Source: an uncultured Clostridia bacterium (GTDB lineage Bacteria > Bacillota > Clostridia > TANB77 > CAG-508). Taken from it: a stretch of DNA of 64,000 nucleotides. Below, one piece after another: positions 51,504 through 60,298 of this stretch (within the stretch, counting starts at the first letter, position 1; each line of letters begins with the position of its first letter). Below the pieces are notes generated by a model, which worked only from the letters and a program-made list of their open reading frames with translations, searched no databases and was not told the DNA's origin. The position numbers were made by a program, and so were the translations under genes. Location of the stretch: NCBI GenBank assembly GCA_947599825.1, contig CANQFS010000001.1:20452-84451 (forward strand), in the 5' to 3' direction.

Positions 51504-52682
51504 TTATTCTTCTATATTTTCCTCTATTTGTGCGTCATCTATTTCTTTTTCCACACCTTCTGCCTGTTCTGCTTGCATTTTTTGTATCATTTCTCTAAAT
51601 TGACTTTCGCTCTTAATATCAATTTTCCAATTTGTTAGCCTTGCTGCTAAACGAGCATTTTGCCCTGCTTTTCCTATTGCTAAAGATAATTGGTCGTCTG
51701 GAACAATTACTTGTGCAAAATGTTCTTCTTCTTTGATGTCTACTGCCATAACTTGTGCTGGAAGTAAAGCAGAAGAAATGTATATAGCTGGATCTTCATT
51801 CCATTCAATAACGTCAATTTTTTCGCCACTTAATTCATTTATAATATTTTGAATTCTAATTCCTTTTTGTCCTACGCAAGAACCAACTGGATCTATATTT
51901 GGATTTTGAGAATATACTGCTACTTTGCATCTATTTCCTGGGTCTCTTGAAACACTTTTTATTTCAATTAAGCCTTCATAAATTTCTGGAATTTCAAGTT
52001 CAAATAGTTTTCTTACGAAATCGTTATGGGCTCTTGATATCATAACTTGTGTGCTTCCTTTTAAGCCTCTTTCTACGTCTATAATGCATGCCCTTATTTT
52101 GTCGTTTACATGATAATGTTCGCTTGGAATTTGCTCTTTTACTGTCATAATTCCTTCTAGCTTTCCTAAGTCTACTACAACAACTCCACCGTCTGCTTTT
52201 TGTACTATACCAGAAACGATTTCGCCTTTTCTTTCATTGAATTCATTGTATAAAAATTCTCTAGAAGCTTCTCTTATTTTTTGAATGATTACTTGTTTTG
52301 CTGTTCCTGCTGCAATTCTTCCAAAGTTTTTTGGTATTAATTCTTTTTCGTAAATGTCGCCTACTTTATATTTTTTGTCGATTGATTTTGCTTCTTCTAA
52401 AGACATTTGTGTTTTTTCGTTTTCTACTTCTTCAACGATTTCTTTTTGCATATAAATGTGAATTTCACCAGTTTCTTTATCCATTGTAATTTTTACATTT
52501 TCATCTTCGCATTCAAAATTCTTTTTATATGCAGTTACAAGTGCTGTTTCAATAGATTCTAGTAAGTAGTCTTTTTGAATTCCACTTTCTTTTTCTAATT
52601 CCTCCATTGATTCAATTAATTCTGTGCTATTAATGGCTGGCTCAATTCCTTTTTTTTCTTTTTTCTTCATTTTTTTAATCAT
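51504..52682 (-). CDS. nusA: Transcription termination/antitermination factor NusA
   Basis: 392 aa with N-terminal, S1 and two KH domains (GQKGIRIQNI, AIGKAGQNARLAARL). Confidence 0.96.
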   Translation of the reverse strand: MIKKMKKKEKKGIEPAINSTELIESMEELEKESGIQKDYLLESIETALVTAYKKNFECEDENVKITMDKETGEIHIYMQKEIVEEVENEKTQMSLEEAKSIDKKYKVGDIYEKELIPKNFGRIAAGTAKQVIIQKIREASREFLYNEFNERKGEIVSGIVQKADGGVVVVDLGKLEGIMTVKEQIPSEHYHVNDKIRACIIDVERGLKGSTQVMISRAHNDFVRKLFELEIPEIYEGLIEIKSVSRDPGNRCKVAVYSQNPNIDPVGSCVGQKGIRIQNIINELSGEKIDVIEWNEDPAIYISSALLPAQVMAVDIKEEEHFAQVIVPDDQLSLAIGKAGQNARLAARLTNWKIDIKSESQFREMIQKMQAEQAEGVEKEIDDAQIEENIEE

Positions 52683-52869
52683 TCCTTTCCTAATTTATTG
52701 AGTTTATTATTTTATACATTTATCACTGCCTTGCTAGGCAATAAACTTTGCTTAGAGCTTTGTTAATTTTCAAGTATGAATTTAATGTAATCTTTGAAAA
52801 TTTAATGTTTGCAGGTATATTTTATTTATAAAACACTACCTTGCCAAGGCAACGGCTTTTGCTTTTTTC

Positions 52870-53328
52870 TTAGTCCCAATGAAATTTTAATTTCATAAGT
52901 GAAATATTTTTTCTTTCAATTTGGATTTGTTCTTCTTCTATTTTTAGAAAAATGTTATTTTCATTCCATTTTTCTAAAATTCCACTATATTGTTTTTGCT
53001 TTTCTACTGGTTTAAATAAGTTTACTTCTACTTCTTTTCCCTGTGCTTGTTTTAAGTGCTCTTCTTTTCTTAAAATTCTTTCTACTCCTGGAGAAGAAAC
53101 TTCTAAGAAATACATTTCTTTTATTAAATCTTTTTCATCTAGTAGAGGGTTTATTTCATTGCTTACTTTTTCACAATCGTTTAAGTCAATTCCTGTTTCT
53201 TTATCTATAAAAACTCGTAAAAAGTAATCTTTTCCTTCTTTTACATATTGTACGTCGTATAGTTTATAGCCTAAGTCTTCTACTGGCTTTTTTATAAAAT
53301 TTTCTACTTTTTCTTCTATACTTGCCAA
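52870..53328 (-). CDS. rimP: Ribosome maturation factor RimP
   Basis: 152 aa with LEVSSPGVERIL. Confidence 0.92.
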   Translation of the reverse strand: MASIEEKVENFIKKPVEDLGYKLYDVQYVKEGKDYFLRVFIDKETGIDLNDCEKVSNEINPLLDEKDLIKEMYFLEVSSPGVERILRKEEHLKQAQGKEVEVNLFKPVEKQKQYSGILEKWNENNIFLKIEEEQIQIERKNISLMKLKFHWD

Positions 53329-53681
53329 AATTGTTCTCCTTTACACTAATTAAGAGCGGAATTTGTTTCCGCTCTTCTGTCATTCTTTTTGTTTACTTTG
53401 CTTATTATACCCTATTTTGGAAGAAATTACAAGTGTTTTTGTAAAATTTGTTGATTTTTTATTACACGTCAAGTAACAATTTACGGTTTGGCACTAAGCA
53501 CTACTGGACGAAAGAAGTTTCATATACTGCATCTCCATATTATTGATTTATTAAATACTGACAATGATGTCTCAGTTTGGATTGAAGATACAAATAATAT
53601 CAATAATGGTTACAAATTTTAAAAAAAATAAATCAGTCTAGATTAAAAACTACACTGATTTTAAGTTATATACTAATATTT

Positions 53682-54005
53682 TTACGCTACTTTTATTCCA
53701 GTATTTTTTACTTCTACTACAAAAGGATTTTCATCATTTTCATAGTCTGAAACAGTAATAATATGTGGCTCTATTCTTAAATCTATATCCCATCTTAATT
53801 GCATTAAATTAATTTCTTCATCAAATCTATCAGTTTTTATATCATCAGTAATTACTGCAATATCAATATCACTATCTTCGTGTTCTGTTCCTTTAGCATA
53901 TGATCCAAATAAAATTATTGCTTTTATTTGATATTTTTCACAAACTTTTTCTACATATTTTTGAACTATTTCCATTATTCTATCATCAACAGATTTTTTA
54001 ACCAT
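53682..54005 (-). CDS. Nucleotidyltransferase-domain (MNT-type) antitoxin
   Basis: The GSYAKGTEHEDSDIDIAV motif (GS...D.D). It overlaps the upstream HEPN gene by 31 nt. Confidence 0.85.
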   Translation of the reverse strand: MVKKSVDDRIMEIVQKYVEKVCEKYQIKAIILFGSYAKGTEHEDSDIDIAVITDDIKTDRFDEEINLMQLRWDIDLRIEPHIITVSDYENDENPFVVEVKNTGIKVA

Positions 54006-54376
54006 TCTCGTACCTCCTTTATATTCTTTATTTGTTTTGCAGTATATTCATTAGTACAATTTTGTCTAAAACTTTCTTTATAATCATCATATCTTGCTTC
54101 TAAATTAAATCTTGTAATTGTATCTAATGAAATTCTTTGTTCTTCAGTAAGTTCCATTTTCATTTTTTCTGCTAAATACAATAAATCGTGGGTTTTCGGA
54201 GCATATGGAGCTCCTTTATTGTTTTTAGCATAAAGCGCTTTTAATAATTTTTCTATTATCAACTGTCCTATATATAAACACCAAGTATTTTGTTTATTTT
54301 TATATAAGATTTCCATTGTTACAAAATCTTCATCAGCACTTTTTATCCAATAATTCATTAAATCTATATTATTCAT
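53975..54376 (-). CDS. HEPN-domain protein (toxin partner of MNT)
   Basis: 133 aa, helical, with H-DL..L and ...EARYDDY region typical of HEPN. The start is set at ATG 54376 after gaggaag. Confidence 0.75.
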   Translation of the reverse strand: MNNIDLMNYWIKSADEDFVTMEILYKNKQNTWCLYIGQLIIEKLLKALYAKNNKGAPYAPKTHDLLYLAEKMKMELTEEQRISLDTITRFNLEARYDDYKESFRQNCTNEYTAKQIKNIKEVREWLKNLLMIE

Positions 54377-54620
54377 AAACTTCCTCACTTTTAATTATTA
54401 TATCACTAAAATTAACTCTTTACCACATTTTATTCAATTTTTTATAAATTTATCTATTTTTTGTAATCCATCATATACTTCATCTTTAGTTAGTTTGCCT
54501 TTTTTCATTTGATTTAATTTCTCTTTAGCCTCTTTTTTCCATTTTTCAAAATTCTTTATTCCCTTTATCTTTTCCAGTTTGCATAAATTTTTGTTGATAT
54601 ATTTTCTTATACTTTCCCAT

Positions 54621-54684
54621 GAGAAGAAACTTCTAAGAAATACATTTCTTTTATTAAATCTTTTATATGTTGCACGTCGTATAA
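54621..54684 (-). pseudogene. rimP-derived fragment (internally deleted copy)
   Basis: The 44 bp gagaagaaacttctaagaaatacatttcttttattaaatctttt are identical to rimP 53091-53134. They are followed by atatgttgcacgtcgtataa, which resembles rimP 53244-53263. Confidence 0.8.
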
Positions 54685-54811
54685 TTAAAAGAATTTATAA
54701 ATAAATTAATATGTATTAAAATTAAGCAAAACTTTTCTTGGTATTAGTAGATTTTTCCTATTTTTATGGTATAATAGATTGTAAAAATAGAAACTAATTA
54801 TGAGGAATGAA

Positions 54812-57394
54812 ATGAATTTACACGATTTAGAAGTATTAGAATATAATCAAATATTAGAGAAACTTTCCCTATTTTGCACCACTTATATAGGGAAGAATTT
54901 TGCTATGCAATTAAAACCAAGTTTCAAAAAAGAGCAAGTAGAAAAATTATTAGAAGAAACACTAGAAGCTTCTATTTTAAATGTGCAAAAAGGTTCTCTT
55001 CCTATGCTTGAAATTGCAGATATTTCTGTTAGTTTAAAAAAGTTAGAGAGCAATCTTTCTATTTCTGCAAAAGCACTTTTAGATATTGCTTTGGTTTTAA
55101 GGCTTTCAAGAGAATTAAAAGAATATTTTTATGAAGATGAAAATTTTGATAGAACTTCTTTTGTTTTATTAGAAGATATGTTTTCTAAATTATATAGTAA
55201 TGTAGATATAGAAAATTCTATTTTTTCTTCTATTTTAGATGAAAATACTATTGCAGATACTGCATCTCATACTCTTGCAACTATTCGCAAAAATAGGAAA
55301 AAGTTAGAAGCGCAAATAAAAGATAGTTTGAATCATATTCTTCATTCTAGCCAATTTTCTAAGGCTATTATGGAGCCTATTGTAACTATTCGTAATGACC
55401 GCTATGTTATTCCTGTAAAAGAGGAATTTCGCGGGCTTATTAAAGGTTTCATTCATGATATGTCTGCTAGTGGTTCAACTGTGTTTGTAGAGCCTTTGCA
55501 AGTGTTTGAGTTAAATAATCAAATTCAATCTTTAAAAGTAGAAGAAAATGCAGAGATAGAGCGCATTTTAACAAATTTATCTAACAAACTAATTCCTTAT
55601 TTGAAGGAATTAGAAAATGATGTTTATTTAATTGGAAAGTTTGATTTTATATTTGCAAAAGCAAGTTTAGCCAAAAGTATGGAAGCAGTTTTTCCTATTT
55701 TAACAGAAGAAAAGCAAATTGATTTAAAAAAGGCACGCCACCCTCTTATTGATAAAAATAAGGTGGTTCCTATTGATATTCATATTGGTAAGGAATATTC
55801 TTCTTTAATTATTACTGGTCCTAATACTGGTGGAAAAACTGTTACTTTAAAAACAACCGGACTTTTATGTTTGATGTCTTATAGCGGTTTATTTATTCCT
55901 GTAGAGGAGAAAAGTAGTCTATATGTATTTGATTCTGTTTTTGCAGATATTGGTGATGAGCAAAGCATTGAAGAGTCTTTAAGCACTTTTTCTGCTCATA
56001 TGACCAATATTATTTCTATTACGGAGCAAGCAACTTCCGATAGTTTAATTTTAATTGACGAACTTGGCTCTGGAACAGACCCAATTGAAGGCTCTAGCCT
56101 TGCAATTAGCATTTTAGAATATTTTTATAAATTAGGTGCTATTACCTTAACAACAACACATTATTCTGACATAAAAAATTATGCCTTAATTACAGATGGC
56201 TTTGAGAATGCTAGCTCTGCTTTTGATGTTGAAAATTTAAAACCAACATACAAGTTATTAATTGGTGTTCCTGGAAAAAGTAATGCTTTTGCTATTAGCA
56301 AGAAATTAGGTCTTTCTAATGATATTTTAGAAAAGGCACAAAGCCTTTTAAAAGAAGATCATACTCGTGTAGAAGATTTATTAAAAAATATTTATGATGA
56401 TAAAATTGCTATTGAAAATGAAAAGGAAGAAATTCAAAAGAATTTATCACAGGTAGAAAATTTAAGGAAAAGTTTAGAACATGAAAAAGACGCCCAAAAC
56501 GAAGTTAAGCAAAATCAACTTGAAAAAGCTAAGTTAGAGGCCAAGAATCTTCTGCTTTCTGCAAAAGATACAGCAAATGATACTATTAAAAAATTAAATG
56601 CTTTGTATGAAAATAATAAACAATTAGAGGAAATGGATTTAGAAAACTGGAGTGACTCTCAAATTGCTAATTTTGTAAAATCTCATTTTAAAAAAGGTTC
56701 TTTAAAAAGAGCAAATGAATTAAGGCAAAATTTAAATAATTCTTTTGATTTAGTTGGTACTTTTTCAGATGAGGTAAAAAATGATGTTGAAAATCAAATG
56801 AAAGACTTGAAAAAAGAAGATTTAAAAGTTGGTATGCAATTAAAACTAAAGAACTTTTCTGAGGTTGCAGTAATTACTTCTTTATCTGGAAAGAAAGATA
56901 GTTTGCAAGTTCAAATAGGAAATGCAAAAATGAATGTTCATTTAGCTGATGTAGCAGAAGTTCTGGAAAATAAAGATAATCTTAGCCTTTCTCTTGGTTC
57001 TTCTAATACTTCTTCTAGTGCTTCTTCTAATGTTCATTTTAATGCTTCTTCTAATGCTTCAAGTTTAAAATCATCTTCTAAAGTAACATCTAATTCTTAT
57101 AAAGCTTCTTCTTTAAATTCTTCTAGCGGTTCTTCTTTAAAAGCAAAGAATGTTTCAACAGAAATTAATGTTATTGGCCAAAATGTAGATGAAGCCTGCT
57201 TTGTAATTGATAAGTATTTAGACGACTGTTATTTAGCTAAAGTAAGCCCTATTCGCATTGTTCATGGTAAAGGAACAGGAAAATTGCGAGAAGGAATTCA
57301 TATATTTTTACGAAAGCACCCACATGTTAAAAGTTTCCGCTTAGGTACTTTTGGTGAAGGCGAAATGGGTGTAACAATAGTAGAATTAAAATGA
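54812..57394 (+). CDS. mutS2: Endonuclease MutS2 (recombination inhibitor, Smr domain)
   Basis: Walker A GPNTGGKT, DELGSGTDP and a C-terminal Smr domain (IRIVHGKGTGKLR). A Ser-rich low-complexity insert precedes Smr. The start is moved to ATG 54812 after gagga. Confidence 0.95.
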   Translation: MNLHDLEVLEYNQILEKLSLFCTTYIGKNFAMQLKPSFKKEQVEKLLEETLEASILNVQKGSLPMLEIADISVSLKKLESNLSISAKALLDIALVLRLSRELKEYFYEDENFDRTSFVLLEDMFSKLYSNVDIENSIFSSILDENTIADTASHTLATIRKNRKKLEAQIKDSLNHILHSSQFSKAIMEPIVTIRNDRYVIPVKEEFRGLIKGFIHDMSASGSTVFVEPLQVFELNNQIQSLKVEENAEIERILTNLSNKLIPYLKELENDVYLIGKFDFIFAKASLAKSMEAVFPILTEEKQIDLKKARHPLIDKNKVVPIDIHIGKEYSSLIITGPNTGGKTVTLKTTGLLCLMSYSGLFIPVEEKSSLYVFDSVFADIGDEQSIEESLSTFSAHMTNIISITEQATSDSLILIDELGSGTDPIEGSSLAISILEYFYKLGAITLTTTHYSDIKNYALITDGFENASSAFDVENLKPTYKLLIGVPGKSNAFAISKKLGLSNDILEKAQSLLKEDHTRVEDLLKNIYDDKIAIENEKEEIQKNLSQVENLRKSLEHEKDAQNEVKQNQLEKAKLEAKNLLLSAKDTANDTIKKLNALYENNKQLEEMDLENWSDSQIANFVKSHFKKGSLKRANELRQNLNNSFDLVGTFSDEVKNDVENQMKDLKKEDLKVGMQLKLKNFSEVAVITSLSGKKDSLQVQIGNAKMNVHLADVAEVLENKDNLSLSLGSSNTSSSASSNVHFNASSNASSLKSSSKVTSNSYKASSLNSSSGSSLKAKNVSTEINVIGQNVDEACFVIDKYLDDCYLAKVSPIRIVHGKGTGKLREGIHIFLRKHPHVKSFRLGTFGEGEMGVTIVELK

Positions 57395-57496
57395 CGCATT
57401 GGGAACGTTTCCTTTTGCGTCATCTGTCCCATTTGCGTCATTTTTCCCTTTTGCATCATTTTTCTCCTTTTGCATCATTTTTCTCCTTTTGCATCA
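57394..57496 (+). repeat. GCGTCA-variant GGGAC-box element plus three ~19-bp tandem repeats filling the mutS2/comEB convergent spacer
   Basis: acgcattgggaacgtttccttttgcgtcatctgtcccatttgcgtca is followed by tttttc(c/t)c(c)ttttgcatca x3. Both stop codons overlap the block. Confidence 0.75.
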
Positions 57497-58003
57497 TTTT
57501 AAATTAATCTTAATTTCTTTTTCTTGATCTAATTCTATTTTTTTATAAACTATTTTACATTCATCAAATAATTTCCTTGAAGCAATATTATTTTCTGAGT
57601 CAGCATATTTATCAGATAAGTAAATTACTTCTTTGATTCCTGATTGAATAATAATTTTAGCACATTCATTGCAAGGAAATAAATCAACATATATTTTAGA
57701 ATTTTCTAAATCTTTTTTACTTCCTCTATAATTTAAAATTGCATTCATTTCTGCATGGCAAACGTAAGGATATTTTGTGTTTAAGTTTTCTCCTTCTCTT
57801 GCCCATGGGAATCTTTCATCGTCAAAACCATTTGGTGCTCCATTATAGCCAATAGATAAAATGCGGTTATCATTACTTACAATACACGCCCCTACTTGTG
57901 TAGATGGATCTTTACTTCTCATAGCTGATAATTTTGCAACAGCCATAAAATATTCGTCCCAACTAATGTAGTCTGCTCTTTTTTTGTTCTTGTTCTGTTC
58001 CAT
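57494..58003 (-). CDS. comEB: dCMP deaminase (ComEB family)
   Basis: 169 aa with HAEMNAI and PCNECAK zinc motifs. Confidence 0.93.
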   Translation of the reverse strand: MEQNKNKKRADYISWDEYFMAVAKLSAMRSKDPSTQVGACIVSNDNRILSIGYNGAPNGFDDERFPWAREGENLNTKYPYVCHAEMNAILNYRGSKKDLENSKIYVDLFPCNECAKIIIQSGIKEVIYLSDKYADSENNIASRKLFDECKIVYKKIELDQEKEIKINLK

Positions 58004-58167
58004 ATATATTTTCCTCCTTTTTATATTTATTATTAAAGTATGCTACTTTTTTTACTATTTTCTATTTGTATCTTTTTCTTTGCATAGATTTTTTTGCAAA
58101 CTATTTAATTTCATAATAGCAAAAAAGAGACAGTATTTTATTATCGTTTTGTCTCTTTTGTTTTATC

Positions 58168-58983
58168 TTATTCACTTAAACTAGAACCATATAATTGCAT
58201 TAAATAATTATAGTAGTTAAATGGTTCTACTGTGTCTGGCATGCCATAATCTACGCCAAAAGTTTCTACTGTAATTTTAGTAATAACTGGCTTATTAATT
58301 GGCATATCTGCTGTTAAGGCATTTCCTTCTTCATCTTTTGGAGCCTCAGCACCTTCTTCTAATTCTGAACTTCTGTAAGTAACCTCTACATTAGCAATAG
58401 CATCTACTACGTCCATTCCTTCTATTACCTTGCCAAAGCCTGTATATAAGCCATTTAAAGAAGTGTTGTCTTCATGCATAATAAAGAATTGAGAGCCTGC
58501 TGAATTATAGCTTTCTTCTGTTAAACTACTGCTAATGCTCGTATAGTCAGAACGAGCCATAGCAATAACTCCTTCTTGCATTTTTATTTTATTTTTTGTG
58601 TAATTGTTTGCTAGCATTTCGCCTTCAATACTATAGTCTGAAGTATCTCCATTTCCAAGTAAATCGTCTATTGTAGGAGAACCTGTACCATCTCCATTTT
58701 TATCTCCACCTTGAATCATAAAACCTGGAATGGTTCTATGGAATGTTAAGCCATCATAAAATCCACGATTTGCTAACGCAATAAAATTTGTTACTGTGTT
58801 TGGCGCTTGATTTGGATATAATTCCACCTTAATTGTTCCATAACCCTCTACTTCAATTGTTGCAATTGGATTTTGCGCTTTGCTTGTTAGTTTTTTTACA
58901 ATTCCATAGCTTGTAAAACATATTCCTATAATTACTAATATAATTGCTATTATCATTATTATTTTCATTATTCGTTTTTCCAT
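58168..58983 (-). CDS. Membrane-anchored cyclophilin-type peptidyl-prolyl cis-trans isomerase
   Basis: FHRTIPGFMIQGGD and SAGSQFFI motifs with an N-terminal TM. The start is set at ATG 58983 after gggagga. Confidence 0.9.
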   Translation of the reverse strand: MEKRIMKIIMIIAIILVIIGICFTSYGIVKKLTSKAQNPIATIEVEGYGTIKVELYPNQAPNTVTNFIALANRGFYDGLTFHRTIPGFMIQGGDKNGDGTGSPTIDDLLGNGDTSDYSIEGEMLANNYTKNKIKMQEGVIAMARSDYTSISSSLTEESYNSAGSQFFIMHEDNTSLNGLYTGFGKVIEGMDVVDAIANVEVTYRSSELEEGAEAPKDEEGNALTADMPINKPVITKITVETFGVDYGMPDTVEPFNYYNYLMQLYGSSLSE

Positions 58984-59096
58984 TTTTCTACTTTCCTCCC
59001 TCTTACTATAAATGAATAGATTATCTCTCGATATCTTCATTCTTCTTTGTTTTTTATTTAATCTATAAAAAATACTTTTATTGTTCTATATTAATA

Positions 59097-60194
59097 TTAT
59101 AGAATTAAATTGTCAAATACAAATTGCTCTTGCATTCTTCTTAAAGACTGCTTAATAGTTCTTGCTCTTACTTCACCAATTCCTTCTACATCGTCTAAGT
59201 CTGGAATATCTGCTGCTAAGATGTGTTGAAAGGATTTGAAGGATTTTATTAAATTATCCACAATATTACTTGGCATTCTTGGTATTTTGTTTAATACACG
59301 ATATCCTCTTGTATATACTGCGACTTCTTCGTAATTGTCAAATCCTTCGTATCCAAGAAGACGTGCCATAATTTCTGGCTTCATTAGGTCTTCATGTGTT
59401 AGACTTTCAATTTCTTTTAATACCTTTTCCGAAGTTCTTTTCTTTCCTGGCGCAATATAATCTTTTATAATAAGTAATTCTTCTTTTTCAAGGCCACCTA
59501 CCAATTCTTCTAATTGCATTTCTAGCAATCTTCCTTCTGCTCCTAATTCATAAATTGATTTTTGAACTTCGTCAACCATTTTCATTACCATTTCAGCTCT
59601 TTGAATGGCAGTAATGACATTTTCTAAAGTGACAATATCATTAAATTCATATTCGTTTAATATGTTTAGTTTGCTATCAAATACTTTTTTATATTTTTCA
59701 ATAGTTTGAAGTGCTTGATTGGCTTTTGAAATTACCTTTGACGTATCTTCTAGCACGTAGCGCGAGTAACCTTTGAAAATAGTAATAATATTTCTTCTTT
59801 GTGAAATACTAATAACTATTTCCCCTGTTTGCTTTGCAGTACGTTCTGCTGTTCTATGTCTTGTTCCTGTTTCTGTAGTAGCAATTGCAGATGATGGAAT
59901 TAGTTGAGTATTTGCATACAATATTTTTTTGAAATCTGAACTCAAAATAATAGCACCGTCCATTTTGGCAAGTTCGTATAAACGAGATGGCGTATAGTCA
60001 ATGTTTAGGCTAAAACCTCCATCAACAAGGTCTAACACCTCTTTACTGTCTCCTATAACAATTAAAGCACCTGTCTTTGCCTTTAATATATTTTCTAACC
60101 CGTCACGAATTGGTGTGCCCGGAGAGATTAACTTTAATACATCAGTAATGCTATCTTCTTTAAATGTGCCCATTTTTTCAACTCCCATTACCAT
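59097..60194 (-). CDS. disA: DNA integrity scanning protein DisA (diadenylate cyclase)
   Basis: DAC domain (GALIVIG, DGAII, RHRTAER) and a C-terminal HhH (VEGIGEVRARTI). The annotated start lies inside a repeat copy, so the true start may be a downstream Met. Confidence 0.93.
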   Translation of the reverse strand: MVMGVEKMGTFKEDSITDVLKLISPGTPIRDGLENILKAKTGALIVIGDSKEVLDLVDGGFSLNIDYTPSRLYELAKMDGAIILSSDFKKILYANTQLIPSSAIATTETGTRHRTAERTAKQTGEIVISISQRRNIITIFKGYSRYVLEDTSKVISKANQALQTIEKYKKVFDSKLNILNEYEFNDIVTLENVITAIQRAEMVMKMVDEVQKSIYELGAEGRLLEMQLEELVGGLEKEELLIIKDYIAPGKKRTSEKVLKEIESLTHEDLMKPEIMARLLGYEGFDNYEEVAVYTRGYRVLNKIPRMPSNIVDNLIKSFKSFQHILAADIPDLDDVEGIGEVRARTIKQSLRRMQEQFVFDNLIL

Positions 60195-60298
60195 TGGGGA
60201 CGTTTCCTAAAGGTATATCTGTCCCTTTTGGTGCATAATCGAATATAAAATTACCATTAGGGACAGATGTACCTTTAGGAAACGTCCCCGATGGTAAC
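60188..60298. repeat. REPIN-like doublet: two inverted full GGGAC-box copies separated by 16 bp
   Basis: 60188-60234 is ttaccattggggacgtttcctaaaggtatatctgtcccttttggtgc. 60251-60298 is ttaccattagggacagatgtacctttaggaaacgtccccgatggtaac. The doublet spans the entire radA-disA spacer. Confidence 0.85.

Noticed and set aside
52720-52860. A second candidate repeat type: paired hairpins (gccttgctaggcaa / ccttgccaaggcaa) around an AT-rich inverted repeat in the rimP-nusA spacer, sharing ttgctaggcaa with 29620-29631.
   Set aside because: There are only two partial occurrences in the window, which is insufficient to define a family. It may simply be operon-internal structure.
53460-53640. A less AT-rich stretch reading ...VWIEDTNNINNGYKF-stop on the plus strand followed by a hairpin, possibly the 3' remnant of a lost gene.
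   Set aside because: It is too short, has no start and has no recognisable family. It is mentioned only as context for the HEPN/MNT insertion.
54440-54620. A small minus-strand ORF (MGKYKKIYQQKFMQTGKDKGNKEF / EKWKKEAKEKLNQMKKGKLTKDEVYDGLQKIDKFIKN) split by a frameshift in a T-run.
   Set aside because: It has no RBS and no recognisable family. The break is a homopolymer-type indel, unlike the C-GGN events. It is probably non-functional debris.
57441-57496. Short tandem direct repeats here and at 24315-24735 and 12086-12149, considered as possible CRISPR arrays.
   Set aside because: The repeats are contiguous with no unique spacers, are coding or derived from the repeat family, and no cas genes are present.
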